DNA of 64,000 nucleotides. It comes from Batkoa obscura. Its lineage: Eukaryota. The DNA is taken from NCBI GenBank assembly GCA_030770535.1, contig JASVEC010000024.1, positions 434,001 through 498,000 of the forward strand. The letters run 5' to 3'. The position numbers and the translations under genes are program-made. The notes under the pieces were generated by a model. The model was not told the DNA's origin. It searched no databases and saw nothing but the letters and a program-made list of their open reading frames with translations. Shown in pieces: positions 51,853 to 62,306 of this stretch. The first letter of the stretch is position 1. Every line of letters begins with the position of its first letter.

Positions 51853-51948
51853 GGGGATGTATTTATATTTAATAATTTTACTAACGATTTTTCCGTTTAA
51901 ATAGCGCTTAAAAGATAGAAAAAGTGATGAAGCCAAAAAGACATCCAA
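51853..51948. mobile_element. MITE copy inside pseudogene
   Basis: GGGGATGT...ACATCCAA. Flanks ATTC/GTTT correspond to a single ATTT in the paralog at 43210-43225. Confidence 0.85.
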
Positions 51949-53274
51949 GTTTATTGTTTATACTCACTCTAATTAGATTAGATCTTACTAATATTAACTC
52001 TTTTAGGTTGGACACTCCATCAAGTACTAATATAAAATAAAAAGTTTCAGAAGAAAAATATTCAAGCCTGGGATAGCCCGATAAAGTTATAAATAACTCT
52101 GGAACCCAAGCCTCTTATCTTAATCTAAATAATTTTCAACCTTGTAGTTTTGAAAACTATTTATTTATCAAGTATTTGAATTCCTCTAATTCAAAACTAA
52201 CTTTAATCAATTGAAGTACCTTGAAGTTAGAAAACTTATTAAGTAGTTTTTTGAAACAGGATTTTATTAATACAATTACTTTTAACGGTTAACAATTTAT
52301 AGTTGATGGCAAAATCCATATTATTGATACTATAAAATAACTATCAATATTCCAAAGCTTTAGTTGCTTTAAGCTTTGAAATATCTCCTCAGTATCTATT
52401 CCGTTATCAGCTATATATTCTTCGCTTGGAGAATTCCACTAGTTTTATTCTTGAAGAGAGTCCCTACTAAAGAAATATCTATTAAGTTTTCTTCAGTTCT
52501 CAAGTATCCATTTAAAAGTAAATAAAGCTTTATACAATTTAGATATACTGTTTATTAACATTTAATATGCTCATATGTTATAAGCGCTTTTTCCACTTTT
52601 CTAATATAATTATAGCTGTAAGTATCTACATTGATATTTTCCCATAGTATATACATTGATACTTTATTCCGTTCTTTACATGATATAGGTAAGTGTAATT
52701 TACTGGTACCTGAAAGATGATTCAATATTTCTTTAATTACAGCCATCCCAAAGGACTCAAATTTGAAATATGCTAATTATTTGAAGGTCAAGTAGAATAA
52801 TAAAAAAAGTAATTACGAAAATCAATTATACCAAAAGTATATAGGATGCTTTTTTTCTAGGGATTTCATTAATTATTCGTATCAATATAGATTATTATTA
52901 TCCAATATTAAAAATCCAACTAATTTAAAATTTCATTGGAGTATAGCGTTTAGCCATACTTTATTTAATAATCTACTTTATTAATCAGAATCAAAGTATG
53001 GTAAAAAACTGAAATATAATCCTATGAGCAATCTGCTTTTATTATATTATACTATCAGTTAATAATGTCCCAATATTATAGATTATTATAACATCTTTAA
53101 TTCATGTTAAGGTCAGTCTAAAAAAATATTAAACTTGACTTCAACTAAACAACAATTAAACCAAAAAATTCATTTACAAAACAAGCATATAATTTATTAA
53201 CAACTCTATAACAAACCCACTCTTTACCTTCTCTATACACTCTTTAATTCCTTTTTCTGTTCCTACTTTATTCT

Positions 53275-54646
53275 TTACCAAGTAGATAAATAGTTTTTAT
53301 CTAAATTGTCTGGAATGTTATGATTATAATCTGAATCTAAAAATTGATTATTTTCATACAATAAATATTTTTCTAATCGATGCTCTTTTAAGTGTGAGTT
53401 GATATTAATTTCTCCTTTTATAATACATTTATCACATAAATTAATTTCCATTTGTTTACATTCAATACATTTCCATCGAGTTCCAACAATTGGCTGGATA
53501 TTACAGTTGTTACACTATATTGGGAATAAAGATTAATCTTATAATATTATAATATTATATAAAATTAAACTTACTTTAATGCCTAAATGAATAGCAATAT
53601 CATTAGAATTCGAATGGATGGAATTTTGTGGTGAATTCGAATGGATAGTTGACGGTGTTGTAGTTGGTAATTCATTTAGTTTGGACAAAAAATTTAATTT
53701 ATTATTCTTGATTTTATTTTTTGCTTCTTCTGTATCATCATCAGACATATAAACTAAGGGTGTATTTAATAACCGAAATCCAGTATCTTTTCTATTATAA
53801 GTTCAGATTAATTTATTATATTATGTTAATATTAACTTATTATAATTAATTTACCTTTTTTCTTCTTTTTCATTTTTAATTGAATTTACTGATTTGGTTT
53901 TATTTTTATTATCTGATTTACTACCCCATCCCCTTCTTTTTTTAATTTTTAATAAAGCTTGTACTTTTTTAATATAAGGATCTAACTCTTTAGCATTACC
54001 AGTTGTATTCGTTAATTTTTGAATTCTTGATTGAATCTAATAATATTAAACAAATAAAAATAAAAGATGATATATATTACCTGTTTAGCACTCCTAGTTA
54101 CCATTACTTTAGATATTTTTTCATATCTATAAAATGCCACTTCTTCTGGTGGATATACTTGTAATAACTCTAATAATTTTCTATTTTCTTCTTCATTCCA
54201 AGGTAAATTATAGGTTAAGGAAACTGGTTCCATTGGTATTTCTTCAGTCGGAATAGCTGTAGTTATTGTATTATTAGTATTAATTGTTGTATTTATGCTT
54301 CTTGTCTCTTCAGTTGTTGTTTCGTTGGCTGTATAAATAAAAAGATTAATATTGATTATTAATATTGATTAGTAAAGTTATTACGATTAAATAGCCAACT
54401 TAACTGATTATCTTGATTAATATTAGGCACTGCAATTATCTTTTGTCTTTTTGGCATTAATTCTTCTTTATTATTATCTAAATTAATTAAATAATCTATT
54501 GGATTGGATAGTATATATTCCCTTTTATTACTAATAAAAGCAATGTCTTTTTCTGCTTGTTCTCGTTGATAAGTTAATAATTTAATACATTCTTTTATTA
54601 ATTCTAATTTTTTATTTATCTCTTCCTTTTGTTTTTTACTATCCAT
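53275..54646 (-). CDS. SANT/Myb plus ZZ-type zinc finger protein (ZZZ3-like), multi-exon
   Basis: PWNEEENRKLLELLQVYPPEE..RYEKIS..TRSAKQV (SANT), and HLGIK|CNNCNIQPIVGTRWKCIEC..NLCDKC..H..H (ZZ), then LDSDY..LDKNYL. Confidence 0.8.
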
Positions 54647-54837
54647 TCTTATAAAATTAATTAAAAATTAGAAAAGAGAAAAATGACTAAAAATTTGCTT
54701 TCTTTAATTGGAAGAAAAAATTGCCAAAAATACCATTAAAAATTCTTGTCAATATAAAATTAAAAAGTCCCACTTTTCCTATTGAAAAATTACTATCATT
54801 TGAGCTTATCTTTTAAAATTTGAATAAAACTTATAAA

Positions 54838-56175
54838 ATGGGCAAAAGCAGAAAGAGACAAAATAAACTCAAGTCCACACAAGATCCCGATGTTTCAATA
54901 ACATTATCCCAAGCAGACACTAATGATTTTGAAGGAGATTCCATATTACAACAAGATAAAAACATTGAAATGGAAGCTTTTGAACACGAAGACAGTGGTA
55001 TTAATTTAAACAAAAAAAATTACAAAATTACTCAGGTTGATGTTAACCAAATTATTCCTGATGAAGAACAAGAAAATGCCGTTGAAAATGAAAACGAGAC
55101 TCAATTTGATGAACAAGAACAGGAAGAAGAAGAAGAAGAAGAAGTAGAGAGTATTGAAAATGGGAAATCAAATCAGGAAAATGAAGTTAAGAATAAAAAG
55201 ATTACCAATTTTGATTTCTTGGAAGATGTTGAAGTGGTTGAAAGTAAGACAAAATCAGTTTTTATTGATTTGATAGTTATTAAGTTAATATTATAGATAC
55301 TCAAAAGAATGAAGAAGTTTCTGAAGAGTCGGATGATGAAGCCCCAGAAGAAATCACACTATCAAAAGGAAAACAAATAATTGAAGATTTGGAAAAACAA
55401 AAAAAAGAATATGACTTAAAGTAAGAAAAATGTCATTCAAATATTAATATTCATTCTAATCTATTATAGCGAAAAAAAGAAGCTCACTGAAAAGAAAAAG
55501 TTAAAACTACAAAAAAAGAAAGAAAAGAGACTCAATGAAAACAAAAGAAAATTCGATAATTTAAAACAAGATGAAGAAGACAATGATGAAGAGATTCAAC
55601 CTTTACCTTTAGAATTATTGAGTTTAGCGGCCAATAAGTAAGTTTTTGGATTATTTATATATATATGTTTTTTATTGATTTATTTTTTATAATAGTCAAC
55701 ATTTAAAAGAATTTACAACCTTGGAACAAGAAGATACTATCGAAGCACAAAAAGTCAGTGATACTAATAAAAAAGTTAATAAACTTAAAAAACAAAAGAA
55801 GGAAAATAGTAAAGTTATAAAGTAAGTAAAAATGATAGCAATATTAATCTTAACAACCCATTTATTTATTTATATGAATTGACATTAATGTGTTTTTTAG
55901 TAATATTAAAATCAAGAAAGTATCTTCAACACAAACTTGGGATTTACCTATAATAAAAGTAGATGCTCATGTTTTGGGTTTTTTAAATGAAGCTTTATAT
56001 GGTAATAGAGAAAACACTAAAATTAGAAATCAAGGTAAGATTCTTATTTTTTGTTATTTATTATTATTATTATTGTGTTATTGTTATTGATACTAATATA
56101 ATGTATATTCTAGTTGGTTTAAGTTTGCCTACTCATTATATTGGTCCTGCACCTAAATTTATTCGAGAAGATTAA
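54838..56175 (+). CDS. Acidic/lysine-rich protein, possibly U3 snoRNA-associated (Bud21/NOL7-like), multi-exon
   Basis: MGKSRKR, acidic tracts, SDDEAPEEITLSKGK motif, K/E-rich coiled coil, LPLELL. Several GT-AG introns. Confidence 0.6.
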
Positions 56176-56274
56176 ATTTGTTTTTAATTAAAATAAGATA
56201 AAATAAAATAGACATTATTATATTCAACATATAAAATAGAAAGTTAATTTTATATTTATATTTATTTAAAATAA

Positions 56275-56528
56275 TTATAATAGAGTATCATCATTTTCGG
56301 ATAAATTAGAAGCAAGTGAGTGATGAACTAAATGTAATTTTGAATTAAATTGTGTTTTTTTCCATTTGCTTAATAAAGATTTGGTTCTTAATTGAGGTGT
56401 TTTTTGATATTCATAGTTTGCTTGTTGATTATGATTATTCAATAATGGTTCTGTCTCTGATTCACCATCGTTAATGTTATTATCAATAACTGTATTCTCA
56501 TTATTATTCTCATCATCATTGTTCGTTA

Positions 56529-56583
<55 letters not shown>

Positions 56584-57673
56584 TTGGCTATTGTTATTTG
56601 AATTTTGAACAATACCAATATAAATAGGTTCATAAGCATGAATTTTAGTTAAATTTTCAAGGTACTGAAAATATAAACACATTATTAATAAGGTACCTTG
56701 CAAAATTCCTGTGACTAAATAAGTAATCCAAGTAGTCCAATTAGTTCCTTCTCTTAAAGCCAAAGAAAATACAAATAAAAAAGCACCTAATAAAATTAAT
56801 TTATAATTAATATTATACTAAACTCTTTTTTTAAATTTACCTGGTGTCTGCATCATCATCATTGGTATACTTAATACACCAATATTCTAATAAAAATTAA
56901 TTAATATTGATATTGATATCAGAATAAATAATATTATTAATCATCTCTCTCTCACTCACCTTTCTCTTCCAAGTAATAAAAATTTGAGGTAAATACTGTA
57001 TCATAGCTAATAACATACTAAACAAACCATTAAAATTGGCCCATAATAAAGCCCCATCCATATTATCAAAACCATAAAGTAGAACAGAGGTAATAATAAC
57101 ACTGATTATTAAATGACCATAAACTGTATATTTAACCCATAAAGCTAATTGCCATTCTTCAGAATATTTAGTTGGTGGTAAACTTTGATGGATATGAGGA
57201 ATATAATCAGTTAATTTACGATCTTCTGGAAAGTAAACGTAATAAAGAATGAAGCTATAAGAATAATAATGTTTAAAATAAGCATAAGACAAGTATAAAA
57301 CAATTTACATAACAAAAAATAACCACCATTGAGCAAAGATTTGTAACACACCTAATAAACTTTCTAAACATAAAGGTAGAGTCTATGTATATAAAAATAA
57401 GTCAAAATTAAAAATGAATAGTTTACAAATTCTACTTACAATAGCTGAACAACATTGAATTACATTTCTTTGGTTAATTAATATATTGATTAAGTTACAT
57501 AAGCCAGAGATAGAGCCCAATAATAAAAAATAACTTGATATTCCATCTGAACTTTTATTTTTAATGATTTTATAATGTTGAGGTAAATAGGATATAAACA
57601 TGCCAAATAAAATAAAATTAGAGAGATAAAACTGAAAGTTGTCATGAACAAAAGTACAATTGGGGGAAGACAT
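56275..57673 (-). CDS. PQ-loop repeat membrane protein, multi-exon
   Basis: SYLPQHYKIIKNKSSDGISSYFLLLG and QYLPQIFITWKRK..LSIPMM.MQTPG. Seven-TM pattern and a poly-Asn tail. Confidence 0.88.
56529..56584 (-). repeat. (AAT)n microsatellite encoding poly-Asn
   Basis: Uninterrupted ATT run on the + strand. Confidence 0.92.
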
Positions 57674-58346
57674 TATAATTAGGGATTGATTTTTTTAATT
57701 TTGAGTGGATAAAATTGATTTTGATTTATTGCTCTTTTTTATCGATTTTTTGTTAATATATGTTGATAGATTTAATACCTTTCTTTTTTCTTAAGTAAAA
57801 ACTACACTTTATGATAAATATAACTTAATAAAACCTTGAAATAAAACTAGTAAACTAAAAATATATTCAAATATTAAATTCAACTCAAGCTTTTATTCTT
57901 TTAACTGTTAAGCTCAAACTCAAAAACCGGCTATCAAAATCTACCAATAAGATCTAAGAGATAGATGAAATTCCAATTTTATTGTTGAAACTATTATTTG
58001 ATTTTAGCAGTAATTTTCTCCTTACATAGAAAGTTATCTTATTTTCATTATTACAGCTATTGAGTTACGTCTTAACAGTTAATCATTTTCCACAGGAAAT
58101 AGGGGCTTCGTAATTCCTATTCATATTGAACATAGATCCGCTTTTAAAAAATACTATTTTATACTTTAATATTTTACTAAAATTTGTCCGAATTTTTGAA
58201 AAATTGAATCACAAAATGTGACTTCGTCCGAAAAAAGCAGTCATGTCTTTGAAATAAACTTTCTTTCTAATCAATTTGTATACTTTCAAATAAAAATAAA
58301 AAGTTCTAATTAATTATATTTTTTTATTAACTTTTCCTCAACCTTT

Positions 58347-60197
58347 TCAATCCAAAATAGTCCTGACCTGTCTCAAAAACTCACCCTCCAATTTAAAGTT
58401 ATCAACATACATTTTAATAAATCCAATGTTATTCTTTGCATCTACTCTTTCATTCTTAATCTTTGAGTTCATCCCATTTTTCAATATTAATAATAATTTT
58501 AAACATTTAACCTTACATTTTTCAATCCTATTTTTCATTACCCCAATCTTTAAATAGCATTCCATTTCCCCAATAAAACAATAATATACAAAACAACAAT
58601 AACTAATAATTGAATAATAAGGAGCATGATAAATTAAGTTAAAAGATTGATTATAAATTAAATTATTATACTTATTATCTAAATTAAAATTAGGTTGATG
58701 ATTTGTTGTTTTATTTGTATTTAATTGAAAATAATATTCAGCTATTATATGTGTAGATCGATATAATAAATTAAATTCATTTAGATTGAACTTTATAGGT
58801 TTTGGATGAATTAATACTATCGGATAATATAAATATATTGTTATCAATTGACAAAATATATCTAATTGAAAGGTTAATAATTGTTGATTATATTCAATAT
58901 TAGCTTTCATTTTATTAATTTCATTATTTTTATTATTTACTATTGGACCTATATAAATAGATTTATAAAATCCAAGACTAATAAAAGTAGTCAGTATGTT
59001 ATTAAACTTATCATTCGGTAATTGTAATTCTTCATTTTTAATTAATTTATACTCTTCATTTTTATATTTTGACTTTATCATTTGTATTTGTAACATAATT
59101 TCAACTAATGCTTCAATTAATTGATTTTCAATTATTAAGTTTTTATCTTGAATCAAGTTACTATTTGTTAATGACAATTTATACTTTATAGTATCTGAAG
59201 TACTCTTACTCTCTTTTTCCTTAATATTATTAAAATCTATATCTAAGTTTGAAAAGCTAGGATTAAATATAGCCAAAAACATCCAACTTAAACCAATTGA
59301 CTTCCATAGCTGATGGCCTTGAAGTTTCGTTTCTTTCTCTTCTTCATTGATAAACTGTAACTCAGTTGAATCCATTTTTTTATCATACCCCAAACATATA
59401 CACATCCTCACTGCTAACTGAAAATAACGAACTGCAGAATTGGAATCAAACAACGATAGTGAGACAAAGGATAAAAAAATTAAACCAACCACACCTTCAT
59501 AGCTAGGGTATTGATACAATTTCCTCAGTAGCAGTTTTGCATTTCTAATACTAGGAATAAATAATTGATTATAAATAGGATTCGATTTTGATATTGTGAA
59601 TCGAGTTAACAAAGCTATAATTGAATAGGCTGTACTATTAGTTTGTTTTTTGTTAATTAGATTTAGTAACTGACTAGGTGTGAGCCACATGTGATAACCA
59701 TCAATGTAATTGATATAAATATCAACAGCAGTTTGTAAAAATAGAGCATAGGAAGTTGATGGTTCTTTTGTTATTGAATTTATTAACTTTCTATTGATTG
59801 CATAAAATGTGATTGGATTATCCACTAGTTTGGTTATTTTATTATTATATTGATTAATCGTTTTATAAACATTTTGTAAATCGAATTCCTCTTCCAAAGC
59901 TCCTTCTCTTTGCTTTTTTAACATTGACAAGCACCATTGAAGGTATTCTTTTTAATTATTAAATTCAATTAAATTCAATTAAACTAATTAATATTAAATA
60001 TGGATTTACCAAAATAAATTAAACCAAGTTTTGGATACGTTTGCCTTAAGCAGTGAGCACATAATATGTTATTGATTAATTTTTGTTCTAACAACTGTAA
60101 TTGATATCGTCTCTTTTCTATGATACTACGAAAACGGACTAGTTGAAGTAGTTAGTTTTTTAAATAATCTAATGTTTTAAAAAGTACCAGGTTCCAT
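58347..60197 (-). CDS. Fungal-specific transcription factor domain (Fungal_trans/MHR-like) protein
   Basis: PSYEGVVGLIFLS..AVRYFQLAVRMCICLG..LW pattern. Putative upstream exons MEP|VRFR..LCAHCLRQ..YF|E. Confidence 0.6.
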
Positions 60198-60449
60198 CAC
60201 TATGTTTTAAAGTTAATTTTGGAAGCTTTTTAAAATCAAAAATATACTTGTTTAAAACTCTAAATAAACCAATTAGCTGATGATGCTTCGTAATATCCCT
60301 TTGAAAAAATTGAGATTTTTAACCCGAATAAAAAGAATGGTCAGTAAGTTGCTTCTATCTTTTAAATTTTACAAATATTAAGGGTTAGAAAAACTAAAAA
60401 AGGAACTATAAACTTCATCTTTTTATCAAACAAAAGGCTCGATACCAAA

Positions 60450-61891
60450 ATGAAAATATCATGGGAAGAAAGTGATAAATCAAAAATCAAAACGACAATT
60501 GAAACAATGTTAAAAAATCAAAGTTTGGAGTAAGTTTAGTTTCTAGTTTTTCATTTCAAACAAAAGATAGGATGATTAAATTTTTAACTAGTTCATTAAC
60601 TGAAAAAAAATTACGACGGGGTATAGAAAAAGAGTTAAGTTTTCCAGAATTAAGCTTAGATGAAGAGAATATTAAATTGTTTATTAAAGAAACTATTAAT
60701 CAATTTATTGTAAGTTATTTAATTTTTTAATTTTATATATTTATCATTTAGCTGGAGAATGAGAATAGTAACGATAAAGATGACAATGATAACTACAAAG
60801 AGGATGAGGAAGAAAACGAAGATAAAAAAGAAGAACAAGATGGCAAGTTTATTGTTTTTATATATAGCGATCAATTAACAAAAGTAGAAGAAATGGATTT
60901 AAGTGAGTTAGAAGAAGAAGGGGTAAAAGAAAAGAAAACAAAGAGTAAAAAAAGTGTAAATAATAAAGTAAACGATCTATTTATTAAATAGCGAATCTGA
61001 TTTATAATTAAACTTAGAAAAAAGAAGAAAAAGTAGTTAAAGGAAAGCCTAAAGAAAAAGAAAGTGGGATTGAAACCAGATTAAATAATCTAAAAGGTTA
61101 TGTTGTTAAATGTGGGGTGCGTAAACAATGGTAAGTATTTATATGTGATATTTTAGCTACAATAATTCGATTTTATTGTAGGAAAAAAATCTTTGAAGGT
61201 TTAACGATACAACAACAAGTTAAAAAAGTGGAAAGCATATTAAAAGAATTGGGTATGGAAGGTACTATTTTTTATTTAATAATAATTTATAAAAAAATAT
61301 AGAATTAAATATAAATATAAATTTATAGGTAGACCGAGCAATGAAAAAGCGAAAAAAATAGCTATGAAAAGAGAATTACAGATGGAAAAAGAAAGTAAGT
61401 TGGATGGTTTTATTTCTATTGGTTATAAAATTAAGGCGTTAATTTCATGACTCAACTTAGGTTTAGATACAAGTAATATAATTAATACAGATAATTTGCC
61501 AGGCAGAAAATCTAGAAGGAAAAGAAATTATTTTGAATTTGAAGAAAGTGATGAAAATGAGGTAGAGGGTGATAATAAGGAAGAGGACGAAGATGATGGA
61601 AATGAAAATGAAAATGGAAATGAAAATGGAAATGAAAATGAAAATGAAAATGGAAATGAAAATGAAAATGATGAAAAAGAAGAGAATGGAAATAATGAAG
61701 ATTATAATGAAAAAGAGGAAATGGAAAATAAAAGAGTAAAAAAGGATAATAACGATGATGAAAATAAACAAAATAACAAACAAAATAATGCTAATGTTAA
61801 TAACGAACAAGAAACTACTATTACGATTATTGGGGAAGACGATCCCTTAGCAAAAATGATCTTTTCGAGTCCAATTCCTCAAAATGAATAA
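60450..61891 (+). CDS. DEK-C / HIRIP3-like histone chaperone-type protein, multi-exon
   Basis: N-terminal LTEKKLRRGIEKEL..KLFIKETI (DEK-C-like), then LKGYVVKCGVRKQW..ILKELGMEGRPSNEKAKKI..KREL..LDTSNII, and an acidic tail. Confidence 0.75.
61598..61672 (+). repeat. (GAAAAT/GGAAAT)n hexamer repeat encoding (E/G)N
   Basis: Directly visible tandem hexamers in the last exon. Confidence 0.9.
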
Positions 61892-62306
61892 ATAAATAAA
61901 AGTTAAATGAAAATCTTTTTATTTACTATTTTTATTTTTATTTTAAAAGTCAAGCCAGAGCATTTTTATTTATAATGATAAAAGTTTATATACTTAGTTT
62001 GTTTAGTAGATGTTACGCATTAATAGTTGGATTACTGAAAGTGTTGGAAGTATGTACAAGAAATATTTATCTTTAGTAGAGGTAGATAGCCAAAGTTTAT
62101 TATTAATTTCACTTTGCAAAAAGCTATCTATTATATTGTGAGAGTAATAGGACTAAGAGGAGTAAATTGATAAGGAATTTGATTCAACTTGAGTGTAGTT
62201 AGATTTTTGTAAATTGACCGCCATCTAGTTAGGCGAATTAAGGCTCCAAACAATCACAAGAAAGATTTTGAAACTTTTGAAGGCTACTATATACAAGACA
62301 TTAGAG

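Larger units (their letters stand above)
51270..52780 (-). pseudogene. F-box/LRR family pseudogene with 2 MITE insertions
   Basis: ORF 52555-52746 (IKEILNHLS..SCKERNK..LWENINV). Downstream frameshifted homology runs to the C-terminal tail. Confidence 0.8.

Noticed and set aside
61463..61810. Ile/Phe-rich hydrophobic ORF on the minus strand
   Set aside because: Antisense shadow of the GAAAAT repeat in the acidic exon.
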